DNA of 13,057 nucleotides, taken from IMG/VR virus record IMGVR_UViG_2778261569_000004. One strand, written 5' to 3'. A model generated the notes under the pieces. That model worked only from the letters and a program-made list of their open reading frames with translations. It searched no databases and had not been told where the DNA came from. Numbering within the stretch: position 1 is the first letter of the stretch; each line of letters begins with the position of its first letter. Below, piece after piece: positions 1 to 6,125 of this stretch. The stretch comes from a virus. Taxonomy: Duplodnaviria; Heunggongvirae; Uroviricota; Caudoviricetes. The position numbers were made by a program, and so were the translations under genes.

Positions 1-69
1 ACGATACCGATACCAACGCACCAACTCTTCACGAAAATTAGCCCTGACAAGCTCAGCTATCGTACTCAT
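1..69 (-). CDS. Hypothetical phage protein, N-terminal part only (gene continues past the window start)
   Basis: ATG at 69..67 (minus) preceded by a GGAGG Shine-Dalgarno (plus 80-84, reverse complement); frame stays open to the window edge. Too short to assign a family. Confidence 0.3.
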   Translation of the reverse strand, partial: MSTIAELVRANFREELVRWYRYR

Positions 70-201
70 TTCTTAAAACCTCCTCAAACGCATTCTGACG
101 CATTTTTCATTCTCGCTGCTTATCGGTATACCTTGCACGTGCTTACCTCACCACAGAGCGATTGTGATGCCTTAAAAGCGATTTATTGAAGTGATATTTG
201 C

Positions 202-480
202 TTAATCGAAATTCTTTTCTTTGATTCCTGCGGCCCTGATGGCTTTCATTACTGCAATTACCGTTTTGTCACGCCCATCCTCATAACCCATCGCATAAGC
301 ACCTTCTTCACCATCTTTCCAAAGGTCGTCATTCGATTCGGGCCAGTCGATATCCAGTTCAATAGCAGAGCGCGATGCCTGCCATATCACCCAGGCAAAC
401 TCTTTTAATTCATCGTCTCCCGTGAACTGGCTTTTGTCTTTTGACCACCAGTTTTCAAACTGTCGGTAGCTATCGTTCAC
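202..480 (-). CDS. Hypothetical nin-region phage protein (about 92 aa)
   Basis: ORF track frame 202..495. I place the start at GTG 480..478 because a GGAGAGGG Shine-Dalgarno sits immediately upstream, whereas the TTG at 495 falls inside the terminator T-tract. Acidic, Trp-rich protein; no family recognised. Confidence 0.45.
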   Translation of the reverse strand: MNDSYRQFENWWSKDKSQFTGDDELKEFAWVIWQASRSAIELDIDWPESNDDLWKDGEEGAYAMGYEDGRDKTVIAVMKAIRAAGIKEKNFD

Positions 481-493
481 TTCCCTCTCCCCC

Positions 494-524
494 AAATAAA
501 AAGGCCTGCGATTACAGCAGGCCT
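494..524 (-). terminator. Rho-independent terminator (minus strand) downstream of the replication-gene cluster
   Basis: Perfect 8-bp stem AGGCCTGC/GCAGGCCT (502-509 / 517-524) with a 7-nt loop; on the minus strand it is followed by TTTTATTT (plus 494-501). Confidence 0.55.
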
Positions 525-549
525 GTTATTAACTCAGTGATGTAGATGG

Positions 550-819
550 TCATTGCTTCATCTCCCTTTCCATTTCATCAATGTCAACGTCATCAGGAAG
601 ATGGGAGCAATACGCCGCTATACCATGATGATTTATCTCATACCCTTTGAACGTTACCATCTGGCGCGTAATCTCAACTTCGTTCAGGAATCCGCCATCG
701 CATAACTGCCTGGCTATTTTCGATTTGGTCTGGATTATTGGTAGTGCCTGTTCTTTCAAAGCGTATGATATTTGCGCATCCCATGCCTTTTCGAGAATGG
801 CTAATTGTTTTTTATTCAT
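550..819 (-). CDS. Hypothetical protein translationally coupled to the helicase gene (89 aa)
   Basis: ATG at 819..817 overlaps the helicase stop codon (819-821) by one nucleotide; ORF track 550..819. No family recognised. Confidence 0.5.
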   Translation of the reverse strand: MNKKQLAILEKAWDAQISYALKEQALPIIQTKSKIARQLCDGGFLNEVEITRQMVTFKGYEINHHGIAAYCSHLPDDVDIDEMEREMKQ

Positions 820-2255
820 CAGAATCCTCCTTTCTTCTTGGACTGCGGTTCCTCGCGTTCACGTCGGCGCATTTCAGCAGACTGTTGGTCTGTGTCATAA
901 ATAGCGCCATTTGCCTGAATGCAATACACCGTGCCGGTATTGCCATGACGATTGAGACGAAGGATTAGTTCGGTTTCACCAGGTGGAACACTGTCATCAA
1001 AAGCACCTTCACGATGGATCCCCACCCAATAATCGCAATCCTGTTCAATCTGCCCTGTATCTCGTGAGTCACTTGGTAATGGGCGTTTATTGGTTCGGCT
1101 TTCCAGTGCGCGGTTAAGTTGCGTCAGAAGCACAACAACGCAATCAAGCTCTTTGGCAAGGTTCTTCAGTCCTTTGGTGATCATGCCGTAAGCAAGGTCG
1201 TTGCGATCGGCCTTCTCAGCGGTCATTAGTGTCAGGTAATCGACCAGAATCATGCCAACACATCCTTTTTCTCGCTTGATTCGACGGCTTTCGCTGACGA
1301 TTTGAGCCAGAGATAATCCCGGCGTGTCGTCGATGTAAAGCATGTCGATTTCACTCAAGCGATTGGCTGTTTCGATCGCCCTGTTGAAGTCACCATCGTA
1401 ATCACCCTGATAGCCGTCATCGGCGTCATTTGTCGCCGGAAGGTAAAAAATATTCGGGTTAACACCAGACTTCTGCCCTACCAGTTTTTCCAGTATCTGA
1501 TCACCTGGCATTTCAAGGCTGAACATCAGAGCGGGCTTTTTCTCATGCACTGCGCAATTGATTGCCATCTGGCTGTATAGCGTCGTTTTCCCCATCTTAG
1601 GGCGAGCGCCAATGACAAACAGAGAGCCTTTCACCAGACCTTTCGGTGACAGCATCCTGTCCAGCGATGGGATCCCTGTGCTCATTCCCCGTTGTTCGCC
1701 TGATGGGTCAAATCGCTTCTCAAGGTCGCTAACCCAGTCTTCCATGACCTCGCCAAATGAGCGAAGGCCGCGACGCGATCCGGTTTTTGCATGGTCTGTC
1801 AGTTGCGTGAAAATCGCCTGAATAGCTTCGTACTTCTGCGTCGCAGTCATTCCGTTGCGGGAATAGAGCAATTCCGTCGCTTCAGTCATGCGGTTGATGG
1901 CGTAGCGTTCCATTGCGGTTTCGCGAACCTGCATTGCATAGGCAACGATGTTTGCGGCGCTCGGCGTGTTCTTTGCGATCTCAGCGATATAAGCAAAACC
2001 GCCAACAGACGCCGTTAACGATTTACGCTCCAGTTCATCGAAAAGCGTCAGGCCATCTACTGGCTTTTGCTCCCGGTGCATTCTGGTTATTTCTTCGAAA
2101 AGGATTTTGTGTGGTCGGCTGTAAAATGAATCGGGCTTCAGCATCGCCAGAACTTTCTGGACGCGCTCACTGCTGTCATCATCCAGAAGCAATCCACCAA
2201 TCACCGCCTGCTCTGCCTCGATGCTATGGGGCGGCGCATAAAAATTATCGGTCAT
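819..2255 (-). CDS. Replicative DNA helicase, DnaB family (P22 gene 12-type)
   Basis: N-terminal motif PHSIEAEQAVIGGLLLDD typical of the DnaB N-terminal domain; Walker A GARPKMGKTT; Walker B-like ILVDYLTLM; overall RecA-like helicase layout. Start placed at ATG 2255 ([11 protein letters not shown]) with a GAGGGTGA Shine-Dalgarno upstream, rather than the GTG at 2270 used by the ORF track. Confidence 0.9.
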   Translation of the reverse strand: MTDNFYAPPHSIEAEQAVIGGLLLDDDSSERVQKVLAMLKPDSFYSRPHKILFEEITRMHREQKPVDGLTLFDELERKSLTASVGGFAYIAEIAKNTPSAANIVAYAMQVRETAMERYAINRMTEATELLYSRNGMTATQKYEAIQAIFTQLTDHAKTGSRRGLRSFGEVMEDWVSDLEKRFDPSGEQRGMSTGIPSLDRMLSPKGLVKGSLFVIGARPKMGKTTLYSQMAINCAVHEKKPALMFSLEMPGDQILEKLVGQKSGVNPNIFYLPATNDADDGYQGDYDGDFNRAIETANRLSEIDMLYIDDTPGLSLAQIVSESRRIKREKGCVGMILVDYLTLMTAEKADRNDLAYGMITKGLKNLAKELDCVVVLLTQLNRALESRTNKRPLPSDSRDTGQIEQDCDYWVGIHREGAFDDSVPPGETELILRLNRHGNTGTVYCIQANGAIYDTDQQSAEMRRREREEPQSKKKGGF

Positions 2256-3144
2256 CGTGTTCACCCTCACGAACTTTCAGGTAGGTATTGTCGTTAAGCA
2301 GGAAATCAAATCCCTTTTTGTGCCAGACGGTTCCGCGCTGATGGTTTGGGCGCTCTTCGAACATCCATCGGCAATTTTCGCCTACGTAGCTCAAATAATT
2401 TCTCCAGTCCTGCATCGTGAACCCATGCCCGTCAAGCTGGCGGGTTATCACTCCGGCTTTGCGCCAGAACGTTCGGATCTGGTTTTTACGCTTGTCATTC
2501 AGTGCGCGGATTTTTGGCGCTTCAGGAAGGATTTCGTGGTAAGCATCGACAACATCCTGACAGCTGACGGAAGGTTTTTTCTTGTCAGACTTTTTGTCTG
2601 CTGTGGCACTCTCTAATACGTCAGTATTAGAGATAATATTATTATATTCTTTATCTGTGGTAATTTGCTGGTAATCTGCTGGTACAGTATTGCTTGCAGG
2701 CATTGGTATTGCTGGCTTTGAGGTGGTAATTTGCTGGTAATCTGCTGGTACAAAATTTGACTGATAATCGTCATATTTCTCTACCGAGAAAACTGAGAAT
2801 TTACCGTGTGAAACCCAGTCAATCATGCCGAGTTTTTTGAACTTTCTAAGCAGGTACTGAACGCGATCTGGTTTGAGTCCTGTTTCAAACGCCAGAGAGT
2901 TTCTACCGCCAAGTAGCTTCCCTCTGCCTACCAGAATTTCTCCTGCGTCAGTCATTACATACTCAGGCGTATGCTTTGCTTTGAGGATTAAGTGAACCCA
3001 CAGATGCGCAGCTTCTGCGTCCTTGTAAAACGGCACATCCATAATTTTACGGTGCAGCAAGGCATACCCCTTACCGCTGCTTTGATGCGGTTGTTGTAGC
3101 CTTCTGGCCTCTCTGGCTTCGGCTAGATTAGATATGTTACTCAT
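2245..3144 (-). CDS. Replication initiator protein (lambda O / P22 gene 18 analogue) with origin iterons inside its coding sequence
   Basis: Sits between cII and the helicase as O does in lambdoid phages. Contains a direct-repeat iteron array plus an adjacent AT-rich tract (see repeat feature). AAGGAG Shine-Dalgarno before ATG 3144. The 3' end overlaps the helicase start by 11 nt. The protein is not obviously lambda-O-like by eye, so the family assignment rests on position and the iterons. Confidence 0.7.
   Translation of the reverse strand: MSNISNLAEAREARRLQQPHQSSGKGYALLHRKIMDVPFYKDAEAAHLWVHLILKAKHTPEYVMTDAGEILVGRGKLLGGRNSLAFETGLKPDRVQYLLRKFKKLGMIDWVSHGKFSVFSVEKYDDYQSNFVPADYQQITTSKPAIPMPASNTVPADYQQITTDKEYNNIISNTDVLESATADKKSDKKKPSVSCQDVVDAYHEILPEAPKIRALNDKRKNQIRTFWRKAGVITRQLDGHGFTMQDWRNYLSYVGENCRWMFEERPNHQRGTVWHKKGFDFLLNDNTYLKVREGEHDDR
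2657..2753. repeat. Origin-of-replication iteron array (ori) inside the O-like gene
   Basis: Two perfect 30-bp direct repeats GTGGTAATTTGCTGGTAATCTGCTGGTACA at 2657-2686 and 2724-2753. Each holds two approximately 11-bp subunits GGTAAT(T/C)TGCTGG, with a degenerate copy GGTATTGCTGG at 2705-2716. An AT-rich tract (about 2615-2655) lies downstream in the O reading direction, as at ori-lambda. The repeats encode a duplicated [10 protein letters not shown] peptide in the initiator. Confidence 0.7.
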
Positions 3145-3283
3145 GACCTTTCTCCTTCTGCATCAGCTTCACTTTTTCCAACTCAGCCCGGAATCGACAA
3201 GGCTGCTTGAAGCTGGACAGGAAGCGATCACGTAGTATGTGTTTGTGAATTTTGTCCTGGTAAGGACTGAGTTGTTTTGTCAT
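3137..3283 (-). CDS. Putative small protein (48 aa) between cII and the initiator gene
   Basis: ATG at 3283..3281 with an AGGAG Shine-Dalgarno 7 nt upstream; translation [48 protein letters not shown]; stop overlaps the initiator start. Below the ORF-track size cut-off and unsupported by homology. Confidence 0.25.
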   Translation of the reverse strand: MTKQLSPYQDKIHKHILRDRFLSSFKQPCRFRAELEKVKLMQKEKGHE

Positions 3284-3317
3284 AATTACTCCTGTGGATT
3301 GATCCAGTCTTTCTACA

Positions 3318-3596
3318 TCAGGCCTCGAAGAATTCGCCGTTCTTCGGGGCTTTTTCTTTTGTCAGGATTCTGGCTACTTTCTTAGCCAGTTCCGCCAACT
3401 CCTCGTCTTCAACACCCCATTCAAGAACAGCCAGAAGCATTCCCATTTTGGGGATGAAGCTATCTTTCCATCGCGAAATTTGCGATTCATTAATCCCTAA
3501 CGCGTCGGCAACCTTTCGCTGACCACGTACAGCAATTCGATTCAGGATGTTGCTTGTAATTGCATTCGCTTTCTTGCGAGTACTTGTAAGTTGCAT
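3318..3596 (-). CDS. cII: CII transcriptional activator (lysogeny establishment)
   Basis: Recognised similarity to lambda CII, including the near-identical block SQISRWK...[13 protein letters not shown]. The translation-initiation region TAAGGAAATACTTACATATG matches the classic lambda cII ribosome-binding site, so the start is ATG 3596, not the upstream start in the ORF track. Confidence 0.85.
   Translation of the reverse strand: MQLTSTRKKANAITSNILNRIAVRGQRKVADALGINESQISRWKDSFIPKMGMLLAVLEWGVEDEELAELAKKVARILTKEKAPKNGEFFEA
3323..3360 (+). terminator. Rho-independent terminator on the strand antisense to cII (oop-like terminator)
   Basis: Stem CCTCGAAGAA/TTCTTCGGGG (3323-3332 / 3340-3349, one G-U pair), 7-nt loop, then CTTTTTCTTTT (3350-3360). 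It lies on the plus strand inside the 3' end of minus-strand cII, the geometry of the lambda oop RNA terminator. Confidence 0.55.
3550..3563 (+). promoter_or_regulatory. CII-binding site TTGC-N6-TTGC (PRE-like establishment promoter -35 region)
   Basis: TTGCTTGTAATTGC on the plus strand inside the cII N-terminal codons, oriented to drive transcription antisense through cro towards cI, as lambda PRE does. The -10 element is not confidently identified. Confidence 0.5.
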
Positions 3597-3655
3597 ATGT
3601 AAGTATTTCCTTAACAAATAAGAAGTTATGCGCATCAAATTATGCGCGTTGTATT

Positions 3656-3698
3656 CCCGCATTTCGGCGGGAATGATGACCATGACTGTTAAAGAGCG
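3656..3698 (-). promoter_or_regulatory. nutR site (boxA plus boxB hairpin)
   Basis: On the minus strand just after the cro stop: boxA CGCTCTTTAACA (plus 3687-3698, reverse complement), then boxB hairpin CCCGC-CGAAAT-GCGGG (plus 3656-3671). The boxB sequence is identical to the one at nutL. Confidence 0.6.
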
Positions 3699-3704
3699 GT
3701 GTTA

Positions 3705-3899
3705 CTATTTGTTTTTCTTGTTGCTTGGGAAAGGACGAACTTCCTCTCCAATCACACTGCCATCAGGCTTTACCGTAACCATGATGTTACGGCCTGCCAG
3801 AATGGCCTTGCTGATAGCGCACTGGATTACACCAAAGTCACTGGCTGCTTTAGCCTGTCCATGGATTTTGGCGTAATCGGCAAGTGTCATTCGAATCAT
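3705..3899 (-). CDS. cro: Cro repressor
   Basis: Recognised similarity to lambda Cro (TLADYA..GQ.K.A.D.GV.Q.AI.KAI.AGR.I.....DGSV..EEV.PFPSNKK). Start placed at ATG 3899 with a GGAGAG Shine-Dalgarno 5 nt upstream. Divergent from cI across the operator region. Confidence 0.85.
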   Translation of the reverse strand: MIRMTLADYAKIHGQAKAASDFGVIQCAISKAILAGRNIMVTVKPDGSVIGEEVRPFPSNKKNK

Positions 3900-3929
3900 A
3901 TGCACTCTCCGTTATTAACCATGAACAAA

Positions 3930-3995
3930 GAATACTACAGGTATTCAAAGCAATCAATACTCAGGGTATTTTTAGTTTAAGTACCTTAGCTATTA
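3930..3995. promoter_or_regulatory. OR operator region: three 17-bp operators with divergent PR and PRM promoters
   Basis: Operators GAATACTACAGGTATTC (3930-3946) and CAATACTCAGGGTATTT (3955-3971) are palindromic; a degenerate third site AAGTACCTTAGCTATTA lies at 3979-3995. Centre spacings are 25 and 24 bp. PR candidate on the minus strand: -35 TTGATT, 17-bp spacer, -10 TATTCT. PRM candidate on the plus strand: -10 TAGAAT at 3994-3999, which places +1 at about the A of the cI ATG (leaderless; no Shine-Dalgarno before cI). Confidence 0.6.
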
Positions 3996-4005
3996 GAATT
4001 AAGCT

Positions 4006-4722
4006 ATGGAAAATAAAAAATCACTGACGACAGAACAGCTCGAAGACGCTAAGCGGCTTAAGGCTTTGTATGAGTCAAAAAAGAAAGAATTGGGAATAAC
4101 CCAATACTCAATCGCTGATGAACTGGGTATCACCCAAGGAGCGGTAGGGCATTATCTTAATGGCAGAAACGCGCTAAACGTTGAGGTCGCATCTGGTTTT
4201 GCACGTTTGTTGCAAGTCTCAATTGCTGATTTTAGCCAGTCAATTGCTGCCAAGGTTGCAGAACAGGCAGAAAGCCTTAAGAGCGATGCCAACGTAAGGT
4301 ATGCAGGGGAATACAGAGCAGGAAAGAGGTATCCGGTGTTAAGCAGTATCCAGGCTGGCTCGTGGTGTGAAGCATGCGAACCATACACCATTAAAGACAT
4401 AGATGTTTGGCTTGAGTCTGACGCGCATATTCAAGGTAATGCGTTCTGGCTTAAAGTGGAAGGTGATTCAATGACGGCACCGGTTGGGTTAAGCATTCCA
4501 GAGGGAACATTCGTTCTTTTCGATACCGGAAGGGAGGCGATCAACGGCAGCTTGGTCATAGCAAAACTTTCTGACTCTAACGAAGCAACATTCAAGAAGC
4601 TGATAATCGACGGCGGAAATAAATACCTCAAGGGACTTAATCCTGCATGGCCTCTCGTGCCAATCAATGGAAACTGCAAGATTATAGGCGTTGCAATTGA
4701 GACAAAACTAAGGCTGGTTTGA
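4006..4722 (+). CDS. cI: CI repressor (HTH DNA-binding domain plus LexA/S24-type autocleavage domain)
   Basis: Recognised similarity to lambda CI: N-terminal LTxEQLEDAKRLKALYE.KK.ELG..Q.S.AD..G and C-terminal FWL.VEGDSMTAP ... ATFKKLI (Ser/Lys dyad). Divergent from cro. Confidence 0.9.
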   Translation: MENKKSLTTEQLEDAKRLKALYESKKKELGITQYSIADELGITQGAVGHYLNGRNALNVEVASGFARLLQVSIADFSQSIAAKVAEQAESLKSDANVRYAGEYRAGKRYPVLSSIQAGSWCEACEPYTIKDIDVWLESDAHIQGNAFWLKVEGDSMTAPVGLSIPEGTFVLFDTGREAINGSLVIAKLSDSNEATFKKLIIDGGNKYLKGLNPAWPLVPINGNCKIIGVAIETKLRLV

Positions 4723-4739
4723 TCACGCAAGGGGCGATT

Positions 4740-5108
4740 ATGGTTGGAACCGCTATAGCAAGCTTTTTTGGGATGTTGGCAATCTCGACAATTTACGGCT
4801 TAGCGCATGCTTTTATTGCGAAATCTCTATCAGAAAAAATAAGCCAGGCTTGGGCGCATAGATCAGCTCGTTTCATGATTCTGGTGATCATAGCAATACA
4901 AGGGATATCTGCATTTATCCTCTATGGATCAAGCTTATACCTATTGTATCAAGGCGCGACATTTACGCCTTACACCAGTGATTACGGAACTCTATACGAT
5001 GGTAGTGAAGACATCACTGTGGCTTGGATCGTCTTTGGTTTATCTATGGCCGTGTCTGTTGTAGCAGACATCATTAAGGTAATTCTCGTCTTAACCTTCG
5101 CTGACTAA
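4740..5108 (+). CDS. Small integral membrane protein in the rex/sie position, co-transcribed with cI (candidate superinfection-exclusion or defence protein)
   Basis: ORF track frame 4719..5108; start placed at ATG 4740 with an AAGGGG Shine-Dalgarno, 18 nt after the cI stop. Three hydrophobic helices predicted by eye (about residues 1-25, 45-70 and 95-120). It occupies the lambda rexAB slot between cI and OL. No homologue recognised. Confidence 0.6.
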   Translation: MVGTAIASFFGMLAISTIYGLAHAFIAKSLSEKISQAWAHRSARFMILVIIAIQGISAFILYGSSLYLLYQGATFTPYTSDYGTLYDGSEDITVAWIVFGLSMAVSVVADIIKVILVLTFAD

Positions 5109-5193
5109 CCTATAATCCCGGCAGCAATAGCTATCGGGATCCACTTCACATATCCCGCATAAAAAGCACTGAACAAGCAGACACCGAAAAAAT

Positions 5194-5281
5194 AAATATC
5201 CTTTGTATTCATTTGCTTATCATTATTTCACCAAAAATAAATACCTTGGGTATTTACACAATAAAATACCTACAGTATTCT
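5194..5281 (+). promoter_or_regulatory. OL operator region and PL promoter
   Basis: Three 17-bp operators of the same family as OR: AAATATCCTTTGTATTC (5194-5210), AAATACCTTGGGTATTT (5239-5255) and AAATACCTACAGTATTC (5264-5280). PL candidate: -35 TTTACA (5253-5258), 17-bp spacer, -10 TATTCT (5276-5281), overlapping the operators as in lambda. Confidence 0.55.
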
Positions 5282-5326
5282 TTAGCCATCAGCAGGGCGC
5301 TGGAAGCCAAACGGAACAGATTGGCA

Positions 5327-5367
5327 GGCTCTTTAACATTGATGGGATTGTCCCGCCGAAATGCGGG
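5327..5367 (+). promoter_or_regulatory. nutL site (boxA plus boxB hairpin)
   Basis: boxA GGCTCTTTAACA (5327-5338) followed by boxB CCCGC-CGAAAT-GCGGG (5352-5367), identical to the boxB at nutR; lies in the leader between PL and N. Confidence 0.6.
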
Positions 5368-5475
5368 AACCAAAGAGTAGTTGGCTTTGGGGTGACGTGA
5401 AGTGCAGCTGCACGACGGCAACCGGAAGATAAGCACCCGGCGCGTCACCGCCAAAGTCAATCATCGGAGGTCAAC

Positions 5476-5748
5476 ATGACAGTAGTCATTACATATCTGG
5501 CTGACGATAACGCCAGAAATCGCCGCAGAGCACGCAGACAGGCTCAACGTGAACAGGCAATGCAAGAGCAGCGACTGGCACGAAAAATTGCGCTAAAGCT
5601 CTCTGGTTGCGTCAGAGCAGATAAAGCAGCATCACTCGGAAGCCTTTGCTGCAAGGAAGAAGATGAACGCAGTGGAAGTATTTGCCTGCCAAACGTAGCC
5701 ATTTACGCGGCAGGATACCGGAAATCAAAACAACTGACAGCGAGGTAA
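5476..5748 (+). CDS. N: Antitermination protein N (P22 gene 24-like)
   Basis: N-terminal arginine-rich motif NARNRRRARRQAQREQ (boxB RNA-binding ARM); C-terminus ...AIYAAGYRKSKQLTAR resembles my recollection of P22 gp24; GGAGG Shine-Dalgarno; first gene downstream of PL and nutL. Confidence 0.8.
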   Translation: MTVVITYLADDNARNRRRARRQAQREQAMQEQRLARKIALKLSGCVRADKAASLGSLCCKEEDERSGSICLPNVAIYAAGYRKSKQLTAR

Positions 5749-5751
5749 GTG

Positions 5752-5976
5752 ATGAATCAGACATACATTCCATCATGCTTGAGAAATCTGCCAAAGCAGA
5801 AAGCAAAGCCCCGCAAGCAAGCCATAAAGGACGCTAAGGCAGAGGTTATTGATCAAGCAATACAATTGCTCAGGGAGGAGTTAAGAAGTGGCAAGCTCGA
5901 AGGAATGATGATGCCCTATCAGCGCGGATATCTATCGGCGATTAGTAAGTTGGAAGTATTGAAGAGTGAATTATGA
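5752..5976 (+). CDS. Hypothetical early protein (74 aa)
   Basis: ATG 5752 with a GAGG Shine-Dalgarno, starting 4 nt after the N stop. Basic N-terminus, predicted helical. In the position of ral or kil-type genes but not recognisably similar. Confidence 0.45.
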   Translation: MNQTYIPSCLRNLPKQKAKPRKQAIKDAKAEVIDQAIQLLREELRSGKLEGMMMPYQRGYLSAISKLEVLKSEL

Positions 5977-6038
5977 ACTATCTGGAATTTCCGGATGGTT
6001 CATTGTTTTGGCAGCAAACCACTTATTTGAGGTGATGT

Positions 6039-6125
6039 ATGGAAGAAGAATTTGAAGAGTTCGAAGAGCATCCTCAGGATGTGATGGAACAATACCAGGA
6101 CTATCCGTATGACTACGACTATTGA
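6039..6125 (+). CDS. Putative very small acidic protein (28 aa)
   Basis: ATG 6039 preceded by GAGGTGA; translation MEEEFEEFEEHPQDVMEQYQDYPYDYDY. Below the ORF-track cut-off; speculative. Confidence 0.2.
   Translation: MEEEFEEFEEHPQDVMEQYQDYPYDYDY

Noticed and set aside
441-456. Chi-like sequence CCACCAGT
   Set aside because: It is not an exact Chi octamer (GCTGGTGG or its complement CCACCAGC); a single mismatch abolishes confidence.
647-968. Plus-strand ORFs 647..904 and 738..968
   Set aside because: They lie antisense to the helicase and its coupled upstream gene, have Cys/Phe/Leu-rich low-complexity composition and no ribosome-binding site; typical shadow ORFs.
1558-2616. Plus-strand ORFs 1558..1821, 1791..2018, 1913..2284 and 2257..2616
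   Set aside because: All are antisense to the well-supported helicase and initiator genes; Arg/Ser-rich translations are characteristic of out-of-frame reads.
2657-2753. Direct repeats considered as a possible CRISPR array
   Set aside because: Only two full repeats with an in-frame coding spacer inside the initiator gene; no leader or cas genes. Iterons explain them fully.
3597-3683. N-terminal extension of cII in the ORF track (start at 3683)
   Set aside because: The lambda-type cII ribosome-binding site and homology place the start at 3596; the extension would run through nutR.
3628-3980. Plus-strand ORFs 3628..3876 and 3699..3980
   Set aside because: Antisense to cro and overlapping nutR and OR; no ribosome-binding site. 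The region is transcribed antisense by the PRE-like promoter, but protein coding is unlikely.
4152-4730. Minus-strand ORFs 4152..4400 and 4431..4730
   Set aside because: Antisense to the strongly supported cI gene.
5203-5460. ORFs 5203..5400 (+) and 5254..5460 (-)
   Set aside because: They overlap the OL operators, the PL promoter and nutL; this region is better explained as regulatory DNA and the N leader.
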